Origin: Minisyncoccia bacterium
GTDB taxonomy: Bacteria; Patescibacteriota; Minisyncoccia; Phycocordibacterales; UBA918
DNA length: 64,000 bases
NCBI GenBank assembly: GCA_046598345.1
Contig: JBKJIT010000001.1
Span: 108,251 to 172,250, forward strand
Direction of reading: 5' to 3'
The translations under genes and the position numbers were made by a program. Numbering within the stretch: position 1 is the first letter of the stretch; each line of letters begins with the position of its first letter. Positions 8,158 through 17,715 of this stretch are shown here, piece after piece. The notes beneath the pieces are model-generated. The model did no database searches and was not told the DNA's origin. It worked only from the letters and a program-made list of their open reading frames with translations.

Positions 8158-8400
8158 ATGTCACGTGAATCGTTTGTCTTTCTAGCAGGATTTGTTGTTT
8201 TCTTTGTTTCGTTCTTAGGCATCCCTATGGAATGGGAAAAATATATTCTTATTGGATCAGGTGTATTTCTTATGATTCTCGGGTACAGCCTTCGGCGCTC
8301 GTCGTTCCTCCGTTCTCTTAAAGCACACGATGGAGAGAGGAAGAGTGAGATGTTTGTGGAACAGGTTGCTCTGCGGGAGACTGAAGAAGAGAAAGAATGA
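8158..8400 (+). CDS. small membrane protein (80 aa), hypothetical
   Basis: Two TM helices then a charged tail. Tightly spaced after rsmI. Confidence 0.45.
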   Translation: MSRESFVFLAGFVVFFVSFLGIPMEWEKYILIGSGVFLMILGYSLRRSSFLRSLKAHDGERKSEMFVEQVALRETEEEKE

Positions 8401-8407
8401 TTCGTAT

Positions 8408-9712
8408 ATGTATCGTTATGGAGTAATTGGAATAGTTACACTCGGAACGCTTTTTGTCCTGCATGCGGGGCTCACGCGGATGACGACATACGAGTATGTA
8501 GCGGGCGAAACATCTGCAGAAGCTATCGCAGTGAACTCTGATGAAGCAAAGCACGTTGAAGCGATTCCCGTGGACACGAGAGAAGTAGTTACGCATGTAC
8601 CACTTCCAGCACAAGTAAAAAATATTTACATGACATCCTGTGTCGTCGGCACCACTGATTTCAGGAATCGGTTAGTGGCACTCATAGATGAGACTGAAAT
8701 CAATTCGGTCATTATTGATATCAAGGATTTTTCGGGAACGATTTCATTCCCTCCAAAATCAGCCGCCTGGCAACCTGCGTGGACTGATGCGAGATGCGGT
8801 ACCAGGGACATGAAAGAATTTATTGCAACTCTTCACGAAAAAGGGATATTCGTCATTGCGCGTATGACGGTGTTTCAAGATCCGTTCTACGCTCCGAAGC
8901 ATCCAGAACTCGCAGTCCTCAAGGCCTCTGACGGCAGTGTGTGGCGTGACGGGAAAGGACTCGCATTTATAGATGTTGCCGCAAAGGAGTATTGGGATCA
9001 CATCATTGAACTTTCCAAGGAAGTGTACAACATGGGCTATGACGAAATTAATTATGATTACGTGCGGTATCCTTCTGATGGAAATATGAAAGACATTGCG
9101 TTTCCCAGAAGTATGGCAGGAGAGTACGGTGCTGATAAGCAAGCTAACCTCGAGGCGTTTTTTAAATACTTAAACGAAAAGCTCGACGATCCGGAACTCT
9201 TTAATGAAGTTCGTCATGAAAATACTGGACGCGCGACCGCAACCCCGTATACCTCAGCTGATCTCTTCGGTATGACGACGACAAACACCGACGACCTTTC
9301 TATTGGGCAAGTACAGGAGCGCGCTGCGCCATACTTCGATTTTATCGCCCCTATGGTGTACCCATCTCATTATCCGAAAGCATTCCTTGGTCTTGGGAAT
9401 CCAAATGACTATCCGTACAAGGTGGTACATTACGCAATGAGTGGCGGTGTGGCCCGCATGATTGCATCGACAACCGTGGTACAAGGATTCCTCCATGAAC
9501 GCATTGGCACCTCAACACCGGCGGTGTATACAAAGCCTGTCTATACAGCCGATAAGTTTAGAACTTGGATTCAGGATTTTGATTACGGAGGAGACTACGA
9601 TGCTGCGGATGTGCGCGCTCAGATTCAGGCTAGCTATGATGCTGGAGTAAATAGTTTTATGATTTGGGCGCCTTCAAATATTTACACACGCGGGGCACTC
9701 CTCAATGAGTAA
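8408..9712 (+). CDS. putative glycoside hydrolase-like TIM-barrel protein (COG1306/DUF4015 type), N-terminal membrane anchor
   Basis: ATG at 8408 chosen because the track start 8330 overlaps the upstream gene. N-terminal TM. Motifs SVIIDIKDFSGTISF, FVIARMTVFQDP and GYDEINYDYVRYP resemble the uncharacterised putative-GH family. Confidence 0.55.
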   Translation: MYRYGVIGIVTLGTLFVLHAGLTRMTTYEYVAGETSAEAIAVNSDEAKHVEAIPVDTREVVTHVPLPAQVKNIYMTSCVVGTTDFRNRLVALIDETEINSVIIDIKDFSGTISFPPKSAAWQPAWTDARCGTRDMKEFIATLHEKGIFVIARMTVFQDPFYAPKHPELAVLKASDGSVWRDGKGLAFIDVAAKEYWDHIIELSKEVYNMGYDEINYDYVRYPSDGNMKDIAFPRSMAGEYGADKQANLEAFFKYLNEKLDDPELFNEVRHENTGRATATPYTSADLFGMTTTNTDDLSIGQVQERAAPYFDFIAPMVYPSHYPKAFLGLGNPNDYPYKVVHYAMSGGVARMIASTTVVQGFLHERIGTSTPAVYTKPVYTADKFRTWIQDFDYGGDYDAADVRAQIQASYDAGVNSFMIWAPSNIYTRGALLNE

Positions 9713-9769
9713 TTGCGGGGGAGTGAGTTTTGGTATACGCTTAAATTTGGATTAACAGGGGAGGAGAGT

Positions 9770-9994
9770 ATGGAACCAGCAACAGTGCACGGCATTGCGC
9801 ATGAAGCTGCAGTGAGCCTGAATGACATCGAGCTGATTCAGTTGTGGTCCACAATGACTGCAACTCGATCACCTGACGCGGTGCAAAAGGTGCTTCGGGG
9901 AGAGCCTGGTTCGGCAATCTCGGACGCGCGGCTCCGTGAAGTCGCTGATGCGATGAGTGAGCGAAATCTGTTCTCGTCGATGTGTCTCCTGTAA
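9770..9994 (+). CDS. small hypothetical protein (74 aa)
   Basis: Strong RBS GGGGAGGAGAGT then ATG at 9770. Followed by terminator 10008..10040. Confidence 0.45.
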   Translation: MEPATVHGIAHEAAVSLNDIELIQLWSTMTATRSPDAVQKVLRGEPGSAISDARLREVADAMSERNLFSSMCLL

Positions 9995-10007
9995 AGGAAC
10001 ACCAATA

Positions 10008-10040
10008 CGCCCCGCGGCCTTCAGGCAGCGGGGCGGTTTC
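10008..10040 (+). terminator. rho-independent terminator
   Basis: cgccccgc ggccttcaggca gcggggcg gtttctg. A TATACT -10-like hexamer follows, ahead of the 10056 start. Confidence 0.6.
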
Positions 10041-10055
10041 TGTTATACTTTCAAT

Positions 10056-11966
10056 ATGTCATTTGATCCAAACAAGATCACGTTCTTTGCGCAAACCGAT
10101 GCGCGCGGTAAAAACGTGAAGTTTGGTATTAAAGCGAAGGATAGGCAGCGGCACGTGTACGTCATTGGAAAGACGGGAATGGGGAAGTCGACCATGTTGG
10201 AAAACATGGCGGCGCAGGATATTCAAAATGGAGAGGGTTTGGCATTCATCGATCCACACGGGTCCTCGGCTGAAAGTCTTCTTAATTACGTACCTGAACA
10301 TCGAGTAAATGATGTGCTCTATTTTGCGCCATTTGATACCGACCACCCAATTTCGTTTAACGTCATGGAGGATGTGGGGGCAGACAAGCGGCACCTTGTT
10401 GTGTCTGGACTCATGTCGGTGTTTAAGAAAATATTCGTCGATCAGTGGTCGGCGCGTATGGAGTATATTCTTTCGAATACGCTCCTTGCGCTTCTTGAGT
10501 TTCCAGACTCGACGCTTCTTGGAGTTAACCGCATGCTTTCCGATAAGGACTACCGTAAGAAAGTAATTGATAACATCACCGACCCATCCGTAAAGTCTTT
10601 TTGGGTGGATGAGTTTTTGAAATACAACGAACGATACATGCAGGAGGCGGGTGATGCGATCAAGAATAAGATTGGGCAATTTACTGCAAATCCGGTTATT
10701 CGCAATATTATCGGACAACCGAAGTCGTCGTTTGATATTCGGAAGATCATGGATGAAAAAAAGATCATCATTATGAATCTTTCCAAGGGTCTTATTGGTG
10801 AAACCAATGCGAATCTCTTGGGGTCTATGCTGACGACGCGTATTTATCTTGCGGCGATGAGTCGTGCTGACCTTAGCCCTGAGAAGATGCGCGATATGCC
10901 CAATTTCTATTTTTACGTAGATGAGTTCCAGTCGTTTGCAAACGCAACCTTCGCGAATATTCTTTCTGAGGCTCGTAAGTACCATCTCAATCTCACGATT
11001 GCACACCAATACATCGAGCAAATGGAAGAGGATGTGCGCAATGCTGTTTTCGGTAACGTAGGCACGACGATTGCGTTTCGAGTGGGGCCATTTGACGCTG
11101 AAGTCCTTGAGACCATTTTTACCCCACAGTTTCTTGCCGCCGATATTGTTAATTTAGGGTTTGCACAAGTCTATCTCACCTTAATGATCGACGGTATTGG
11201 TTCTCAGCCATTTTCTGCGACAACGCTACCTCCGATTGAGCCTCCTCTCATTTCCCATAAAAATATGGTGGTTGCGGCGAGTCGCAGACAATTTTCTCGT
11301 CTTCGGCCAGAAGTTGAAGCTCAAATTTTAAAATTCCATGAGCCGGTTGTTTTTGTAAAGAAGTTAGAAGAAAAGCCTGCCCTTCCTAAGCCTTCACCTG
11401 TGGAGGAAAAGAAGCTCCCCTACGTTACCTTACAACCTAAAACGGCAAGTACTCCAACAGTCTCCCGTCCACCGGCCGGTGTTCTGCACCATGAAGAAAC
11501 CCCTCATCGCGAATCTTCTTCGCACGGAGAATTTCTAAAACGGGAAGAGCGAAGGCAGGCTGAACGTCGGCTAAGCGAGCGGCCATCTCCAGCTTCTCTG
11601 CCACATAAACCCAAGGAACATAATCTAAATGAACTCAGATCTGTGCTTAAAAATATTGTGAGAGTGGACACAGAAAAAAATACAGAGGAAAACAAGATCC
11701 CCCACAAAGCGGAAAAATTTGAGGAGTCGCGAGGCGAACTGAAGAATCTTCTCAGTTCTGTCCTTAAGACAGCTCCGCCTCCGACTGCGCCTATCCCCTC
11801 ACCAGCTGCAGCTATATCTCCACCCACACCCACACCCACACCGTCACAGCCTCCTCAGGTAGAGGAGCGCATACCACCCCAGCCACCGACACCAGAAAGT
11901 GCGGTAACTCCTAAAGAACTTGAACGGATGATGCGGGTGACGACTAGTGATACTTCGCCGCTCTAG
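10056..11966 (+). CDS. HerA/DUF87-like (FtsK-HerA superfamily) P-loop ATPase with low-complexity Pro/Thr-rich C-terminal tail
   Basis: Walker A VIGKTGMGKST, then FIDPHG about 17 aa later (HerA/DUF87-style DPHGEY-like motif). IIMNLSKG and a Walker-B-like FYFYVDEFQSF. C-terminal 150 aa is disordered: PTAPIPSPAAAISPPTPTPTPSQPPQ. Confidence 0.6.
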   Translation: MSFDPNKITFFAQTDARGKNVKFGIKAKDRQRHVYVIGKTGMGKSTMLENMAAQDIQNGEGLAFIDPHGSSAESLLNYVPEHRVNDVLYFAPFDTDHPISFNVMEDVGADKRHLVVSGLMSVFKKIFVDQWSARMEYILSNTLLALLEFPDSTLLGVNRMLSDKDYRKKVIDNITDPSVKSFWVDEFLKYNERYMQEAGDAIKNKIGQFTANPVIRNIIGQPKSSFDIRKIMDEKKIIIMNLSKGLIGETNANLLGSMLTTRIYLAAMSRADLSPEKMRDMPNFYFYVDEFQSFANATFANILSEARKYHLNLTIAHQYIEQMEEDVRNAVFGNVGTTIAFRVGPFDAEVLETIFTPQFLAADIVNLGFAQVYLTLMIDGIGSQPFSATTLPPIEPPLISHKNMVVAASRRQFSRLRPEVEAQILKFHEPVVFVKKLEEKPALPKPSPVEEKKLPYVTLQPKTASTPTVSRPPAGVLHHEETPHRESSSHGEFLKREERRQAERRLSERPSPASLPHKPKEHNLNELRSVLKNIVRVDTEKNTEENKIPHKAEKFEESRGELKNLLSSVLKTAPPPTAPIPSPAAAISPPTPTPTPSQPPQVEERIPPQPPTPESAVTPKELERMMRVTTSDTSPL

Positions 11967-12148
11967 AACTCATTCTAAACCCCCATCTAGATGCACGGGG
12001 TTGCGTTAAACAGAGCAAAAGAGCGTTGTTCTCTGTCCGTCTTTAATTTCTCTGTGAGGAGGAACCAAAGAAGCAGGGAGATGTATAGGCGATGCGCTTG
12101 GTCAATCTCCGTCACCTTTTCTTCATGAATTTGGTACTATAAGCGATT

Positions 12149-13015
12149 ATGGCTTCAGAAAAAACAGTGCTCATTACAGGAGGTGCGGGTTTCATTGGGT
12201 CCCATCTTTCGGAGCGACTATTAAAAGATGGGTACCGTGTCATCTCACTTGATAATTATTCCACTGGATCAAAGTCCAATCATATTGAGGGGGTCGAGTA
12301 TCGAGAAGGAGATACAAATGATATTGAGACTCTTGTATCTGAAACACCGGACCTAGTATTTCATCTGGGTGAATATGCGCGCGTCGAGCAAAGCTTCGGT
12401 GCGATTGAAAGAGTTCTTAAAAGTAATGTGATTGGGACAAAGCAGGTACTTGAATTTTGCAGAAAGCGGAAATGCAAATTAGTGTACGCAGGGTCGAGCA
12501 CAAAATTTGCCGACGGAGGTATTGGACGTGATCAGAGCCCGTATGCGTGGACAAAGGCAACGAACACAGAACTTGTACGCAACTATGGCGAATGGTTTGG
12601 TCTCAAATATGCTATTACCTATTTTTATAATGTGTACGGTGACAGAGAACGGAGTGATAGTGGCTCCGGAACAGTAATTGGAATATTCAAAGAACAGTAT
12701 GAGGCGGGAAAATCACTCACCGTACGCGCGCCAGGAACTCAGCGCAGAAATTTCACTCACGTTCACGACATTGTCGATGGGATTGTGCTCGTCGGGGAGC
12801 GCGGTGAGGGAGATGAATACGGTCTCGGACACAAGCATTCGTATTCTGTCCTTGAAGTGGCAGGAATGTTTGGGAGTGAAATTGAAATGCTCCCCGAGCG
12901 TCCCGGGAATCGCATGAATTCGTCAGTTGATTATAGCCGTGCCCGACTTGAACTTGGCTGGAAGCCTAAGCGCGATCTTCCGGATTACATCGCCTCCATC
13001 ACACACAATGGTTAA
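12149..13015 (+). CDS. NAD-dependent epimerase/dehydratase (short extended-SDR, 288 aa)
   Basis: TGGAGFIGSHL Rossmann motif. SDR fold. Confidence 0.8.
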   Translation: MASEKTVLITGGAGFIGSHLSERLLKDGYRVISLDNYSTGSKSNHIEGVEYREGDTNDIETLVSETPDLVFHLGEYARVEQSFGAIERVLKSNVIGTKQVLEFCRKRKCKLVYAGSSTKFADGGIGRDQSPYAWTKATNTELVRNYGEWFGLKYAITYFYNVYGDRERSDSGSGTVIGIFKEQYEAGKSLTVRAPGTQRRNFTHVHDIVDGIVLVGERGEGDEYGLGHKHSYSVLEVAGMFGSEIEMLPERPGNRMNSSVDYSRARLELGWKPKRDLPDYIASITHNG

Positions 13016-14177
13016 ACGCGTACTCGTTTTTTCTACTGACGATCATCTCTATCCTGCAGGAGGAGCAGAGCAGGCGTTTGGAAATATTAGTGAACGCATG
13101 CCCGACGTGGAATTTGATCTCATTTGTGCAAAGCTCCGAAAAGGAGTAAAAGGGTTTGAGCGCGTAAAAAACGTTAACATCTACCGCATGGGATTTGGTA
13201 TGCCCATAATCGACAGCATCGTTCTCGCTCTCTTTGGACACTTTTGTGCCTACAAACTTATGCGCACGCATACGTATGATCTCATATGGTCAATCATGGC
13301 ATCCTATGGAGCATTTGCTGCAGTGCGTGTAAAAAAGAAAACACACATTCCATTTTTGCTCACCCTCCAAGAGGGAGATGCATTCGAACATATTTATGCC
13401 CGCGTAAAATATGTTCGAAAGTCATTTAATGAAATTTTTCAATTGGCTGACGGGTTACAGGCCATTTCAAAGTATTTGCTTACGTGGGGTAAGGAGATGG
13501 GGTTTCGTGGCGCGGATGCAAAAGTAATTCCGAATGGAGTTGACGTTGACGTGTACCTTCGAGAGTACTCTCTCGAAGAGATTGCACGTGTACGCAATGC
13601 ATTTGGGTTCGAGGCCGGTTCAACGATTCTCATTACGAGCTCTCGCCTTGAAAAGAAAAATGGGGTTGCTGATGTAATTACAGCACTCTCAAAACTTCCA
13701 CCCAAGGTATGTTTTGTAATTTGCGGGAGCGGTTCACTCGAATCAGAACTGAAAGCGCAGGTGAAGCAACTCGACCTCTCCTCTCGAGTAACATTCTTAG
13801 GTTTTGTAGACCCAAGCGAGCTACCACTTCTCATGAAAGCTTCCGATATTTTTATTCGTCCATCGCTAACCGAAGGTTTGGGCATAGCATTTTTAGAGGG
13901 AATGGCCGCGATTGGAATTATTGTTGGAACACCGGTGGGTGGTATACCTGATTTCCTTACAGATGGAAAGACGGGATTTATGGTTACTGTAGAAGATCCA
14001 GACAGTATTAAAATGGTGATAGAAAAGATTATGAGCTTAAGCGAGTCAGAGAAGGGTCTGGTTCGCAGGGAAGCGCAGTCCGTAATTCGTGAGGTATATA
14101 ATTGGGACATTGTGACACGTCACATGCAAGAGCTTTTTGATGATATAACTAGGTCTCATGAGCGCACTCATTCTTGA
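13008..14177 (+). CDS. glycosyltransferase family 4 (GT-B)
   Basis: Start ATGGTTAA overlaps the upstream stop. C-terminal GT4 signature SLTEGLGIAFLEGMAAIGIIVGTPVGGIPDFLTDGKTGFMV. Confidence 0.8.
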   Translation: MVKRVLVFSTDDHLYPAGGAEQAFGNISERMPDVEFDLICAKLRKGVKGFERVKNVNIYRMGFGMPIIDSIVLALFGHFCAYKLMRTHTYDLIWSIMASYGAFAAVRVKKKTHIPFLLTLQEGDAFEHIYARVKYVRKSFNEIFQLADGLQAISKYLLTWGKEMGFRGADAKVIPNGVDVDVYLREYSLEEIARVRNAFGFEAGSTILITSSRLEKKNGVADVITALSKLPPKVCFVICGSGSLESELKAQVKQLDLSSRVTFLGFVDPSELPLLMKASDIFIRPSLTEGLGIAFLEGMAAIGIIVGTPVGGIPDFLTDGKTGFMVTVEDPDSIKMVIEKIMSLSESEKGLVRREAQSVIREVYNWDIVTRHMQELFDDITRSHERTHS

Positions 14178-15354
14178 CGGAGAACTTAAAAGCGCACTTT
14201 CTGCAATTCGCTCGCTTGGAAAGCGTGGCATTACCGTGGTATCGGGTTCGCTCCGCGAAAGCGCAATGGGACTCCATTCAAAATGTACGAATGAGTCTTT
14301 CGTGTATCCGTCACCATATGTAGATCAAGAGGGATTTGTGGCCTCGGTGCGTGAAGCTGCCCGACGTATTGGTGATACACCAGTTGTATTCGCGTTCAGT
14401 GACGCAACGTGGCTATCACTCTACGCACATCGCGAGGTGCTGAAGGAGGACATGACGCTTGTATTTCCGAATGATGACGCGGTTGCTATTGCATTCGATA
14501 AGGCTGCGACGTATTCTCTCGCTCGCGTTTCTGGTGTCCCTACCATAACCTCGCACACCGCGGAACTTCCGAGCGAAGTTCCGTATCTCGCTGATACGCT
14601 CACGTTCCCGCTTGTGGTAAAGCCAAGACGAAGTGTTGTGTGGCGGGAAGGTCGCGGTGTCTTCGGGAGTGCCAGCTTTGTGCATGACAAAGGCGAATTA
14701 GTCAGAAAATTTTCAGAACTCAAAGATGCTTGGGGTGAAGCACCGCTCATTCAAGACCTCCTTGTGGGTGAAGAGTACGGAGTTGAGATGATTGCGTCTG
14801 AAGGTAAACCACTTGCTATCGTGACACACCACCGACTTCGGTCACTCTCACCTACGGGCGGCGCATCGGTGCTCAAGGAAACGCTGGGGCAGGGGATTCT
14901 TCGGGAAACACTTGAGGCGCATGCGTTAACACTCATTCAAAAGATCTCGTGGAGTGGACCTATTATGGTTGAGTTTAAAGTTAATAGCGATACGAGAGAG
15001 CCGAAACTCATGGAAATAAATGGACGTTTCTGGGGCTCCCTTCCACTTTCGATAGCGGCGGGAGTTGATATGCCGTACATCTACTATGCACTTGCGGAGG
15101 GGACACATAGTGATACGGAAGTAATTCGCGGTAAAGACGGGGTGACCACGCGACATTTCTTGGGAGATGTCATGCACCTCACGAGAGTACTCTGTACGCG
15201 AGATAAGTTGCGCCATCTACTCTACCCAGAGCGAAGCAAAGCAATCCGTGATTTCTGTATACTTCCGAAAGGAACGAAAAGTGATGTATGGTCGCTTCAG
15301 GATCCAAAACCCGCTATCATGGAGTTCATTGATGCAGTTAAAAAACGAACATGA
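14158..15354 (+). CDS. ATP-grasp domain ligase
   Basis: FPLVVKP, EYGVEM, MVEFKVNSDTREPKLMEINGRFWGS match ATP-grasp motifs of the CPSase/D-Ala-D-Ala ligase type. Confidence 0.7.
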   Translation: MSALILDGELKSALSAIRSLGKRGITVVSGSLRESAMGLHSKCTNESFVYPSPYVDQEGFVASVREAARRIGDTPVVFAFSDATWLSLYAHREVLKEDMTLVFPNDDAVAIAFDKAATYSLARVSGVPTITSHTAELPSEVPYLADTLTFPLVVKPRRSVVWREGRGVFGSASFVHDKGELVRKFSELKDAWGEAPLIQDLLVGEEYGVEMIASEGKPLAIVTHHRLRSLSPTGGASVLKETLGQGILRETLEAHALTLIQKISWSGPIMVEFKVNSDTREPKLMEINGRFWGSLPLSIAAGVDMPYIYYALAEGTHSDTEVIRGKDGVTTRHFLGDVMHLTRVLCTRDKLRHLLYPERSKAIRDFCILPKGTKSDVWSLQDPKPAIMEFIDAVKKRT

Positions 15355-16154
15355 CCGTCACCGCAATTCTACATACTCATTCAACGTATTCGTACGATGC
15401 GAAGCTTTCGCTTAGGGATCTTAAAGCTCTCCTCGTCACGCGTGGGGTACAGGTTGCGTGCATGACTGAACACACGGATGAAATGACGCATGAGAGCGCG
15501 GCGGCGTTTGTGCGGGAATGCGAAATATTATCCGACGATTCGTTTTTATTCATTCCTGGTTTTGAGGTGCCGACATATAACCATGCGCACATTCTTATGA
15601 TTGGTATGCGAGAATTTCTTGGAAACTATGCAAGGAATTTGGAGGAACTCCGACCTTGGGCAGAACGAGCTGCGTTTGTTGTCCTTGCGCACCCGGTGCG
15701 AAATGATTTCTTGGTTGACGACGGACTCCTTAGAATGATTGATGGGCTTGAGGTATGGAACCAACAGTATGACGGCAAACGTGTGCCGCGCACCCATTCA
15801 CTTACGCTCTACGAAAAACTTCGCGCAAGAAAGCCAGAACTTCACGCAACGGGTGGCGTTGATTTACATAGGAAGGAGCACGCTGGGGCGCCCCACATTA
15901 CGCTTGAAGTTGAAAGTCTTAGAGAGTCGCACGTGCTTGAGAAACTAAAGGTAGGTGCATATACGGTGAATTCAAAGGAGACTTCGTTTTTTGGTACGCT
16001 TCCTAATCCTGGAATGTTGAAACGCGCTCACCGAGTGGAGAGTTTCATTTCAGTAACTATTATCGTGCTTGGCAAAACGGTAAACAAAACGCTGGCCGTC
16101 GTTGGAATTACGTTACCTAAATCACTGAAGGAGCTTGTTCGGAGGCGAGTGTAG
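15351..16154 (+). CDS. PHP-domain metal-dependent phosphoesterase
   Basis: N-terminal LHTHSTYSYDAK and downstream MTEHTD / FIPGFEV histidine/aspartate motifs of the PHP fold. Confidence 0.65.
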   Translation: MTVTAILHTHSTYSYDAKLSLRDLKALLVTRGVQVACMTEHTDEMTHESAAAFVRECEILSDDSFLFIPGFEVPTYNHAHILMIGMREFLGNYARNLEELRPWAERAAFVVLAHPVRNDFLVDDGLLRMIDGLEVWNQQYDGKRVPRTHSLTLYEKLRARKPELHATGGVDLHRKEHAGAPHITLEVESLRESHVLEKLKVGAYTVNSKETSFFGTLPNPGMLKRAHRVESFISVTIIVLGKTVNKTLAVVGITLPKSLKELVRRRV

Positions 16155-17130
16155 TGATGTCTTTCATTGATGCGCTCCCCATGCCATATTTTTCTTTGAG
16201 CATTTCAAAGTGTTCAAGAATTTCTTCAAGGTTTCTAAAATTTTCTTTTTGGTTTGTGCCCACATTGTGTGGATGCCACCAGAGGTGAAATATTTCACCG
16301 CACTTTGCTGCGTGCGTCATGCTGTCTTTTATTCGTTTCATACGCAGAGATTCAAAAGGTGAGAGAAATTTATTCCAGGGTCGCAAAAAACGGCTCGCTT
16401 TAATGTCGACAGGAAACGGAGGTGATTCTTCTGGAAGTGCATATGTGTGATGTCCACTTATATTTAGGTAGTGGTCGAGAAGACGAAGACCCCGAATAAA
16501 AAGAGTTTGCTCACTATCTTTCCTCGGGGCGTACAGAAAATGTGTTTCGTTTCCACGATACGCATGGATTCCATTTCTTTTGCACGTGCGCAGTGCCTCG
16601 TCGCTCGGCTGATTGCGCGGGAAGACCATTGATTCGGTTGTGACACCGTATGTCTCAGAGATTTTTTTGTGAGCCTCTAAATCCGCTTCAAAGACGTTCG
16701 GTGGGTTGTCGTGTCCGTCCATGCAGTAAAAATGCGAGAAGGTATGGTTGGCAATTTCTTGTCCCGGAGTCGCTAAGATTTTTTCAACAAGGGAAGATCC
16801 AAAATGATATGGATCAGATTTTTCATCGTCGCCAATTTCAGTCGTGTCGAGATGGTGGTAGGCGGAAACACGCTCGTCTTCATATGTTGGCCAGAGTTCA
16901 TGCGGGGGAAGCACGCCATACAGCTCTTCCTTATTTCGTGCCATGAGCATGCCGAGGGTTGCCCACGTGGCGTGGATGTTGTGTGATTTAAAAAGTTCGA
17001 GCATCCGGGGAATTGCCGTCTGTTCTCCGAGTACATGTGGGCCGTATTCCTTAAGTGAGACCTTATCAAACATGCCCCAGAAAAGCTCAAAATCGAGCGA
17101 TATGACGAGATATCCCGGTTTGTGATCCAT
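16117..17130 (-). CDS. polysaccharide deacetylase family protein (CE4/NodB-like)
   Basis: LVISLDFELFWG N-terminus and ANHTFSHF histidine motif. Convergent with the PHP gene. Confidence 0.6.
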   Translation of the reverse strand: MDHKPGYLVISLDFELFWGMFDKVSLKEYGPHVLGEQTAIPRMLELFKSHNIHATWATLGMLMARNKEELYGVLPPHELWPTYEDERVSAYHHLDTTEIGDDEKSDPYHFGSSLVEKILATPGQEIANHTFSHFYCMDGHDNPPNVFEADLEAHKKISETYGVTTESMVFPRNQPSDEALRTCKRNGIHAYRGNETHFLYAPRKDSEQTLFIRGLRLLDHYLNISGHHTYALPEESPPFPVDIKASRFLRPWNKFLSPFESLRMKRIKDSMTHAAKCGEIFHLWWHPHNVGTNQKENFRNLEEILEHFEMLKEKYGMGSASMKDITTLASEQAPSVI

Positions 17131-17155
17131 ATCTTCAACTATAGCCCAGCAATTT

Positions 17156-17204
17156 AAATCCTAAAAGTTTTAAGAAAGAAGCTTTTAGGGATTTCTGTTA
17201 TAAT
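17156..17204. promoter_or_regulatory. 13-bp inverted repeat (aaatcctaaaag / cttttagggattt) abutting a TTATAAT -10 element in a divergent intergenic region; candidate operator
   Basis: Near-perfect palindrome with a 14-nt spacer, 3 nt upstream of ttataat. Lies between the divergent genes 16117..17130(-) and 17239..(+). Confidence 0.4.
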
Positions 17205-17238
17205 TTAAGAGAATTAATAAATTATAATCTATTCTATT

Positions 17239-17601
17239 ATGACATTCGAAGGTCCCAGCCCATCTTCGTCTGAGAAAAAGATGTCAGCGGAGGAATTAGG
17301 GGTTCTTGAAAAAGAATTTGATACACAATTATCTAAAATCCTGTCTGGACAATCGGATATCGTAGCACGTGTAAGGGAATTTTTTAGTTATCCAAAGGCA
17401 GTTGAGAAAAAGCAGTTAGCGCTATCTTCAGCTTATGGCCCGCAGCCCTTCAGTGGCAACATGGAAAATGTGGTAGGACAAGAAACACTCGAGGGTCTTA
17501 TCCGGGATAGTGCTGGCACTGAAAAGCAAAAAGAATATCTTGCAATAAGAACAGAAATAGAAAAGTTACGGGAACAGTATCGATATAACGCGAACATTTA
17601 A
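17239..17601 (+). CDS. hypothetical protein (120 aa)
   Basis: Clean ORF in the intergenic gap. Predicted helical. No recognisable motif. Confidence 0.5.
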   Translation: MTFEGPSPSSSEKKMSAEELGVLEKEFDTQLSKILSGQSDIVARVREFFSYPKAVEKKQLALSSAYGPQPFSGNMENVVGQETLEGLIRDSAGTEKQKEYLAIRTEIEKLREQYRYNANI

Positions 17602-17715
17602 ATTAGCGGAATTATTTCCGACCATTCAGTGATGGTGTAAACATTTTGGAGAAATAAATAAATCCTAAGGTAAAAAAGCATTCATGCTTAAGTCTGCCAA
17701 TTGTAGCGTTTGTAT

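Noticed and set aside
8330-8407. Track start (ATG 8330) for the GH-like gene
   Set aside because: It would overlap the preceding small membrane gene by 70 nt and adds a non-hydrophobic R/C-rich leader. The ATG at 8408, giving an N-terminal TM, is more plausible.
10059-11021. 320-aa minus-strand ORF opposite the HerA-like ATPase
   Set aside because: Antisense shadow of a confidently motif-bearing gene. R/K/I-rich low-complexity translation.
13439-14110. 223-aa minus-strand ORF inside the GT4 gene
   Set aside because: Antisense to a gene with clear GT4 motifs. Ser-rich low-complexity translation.
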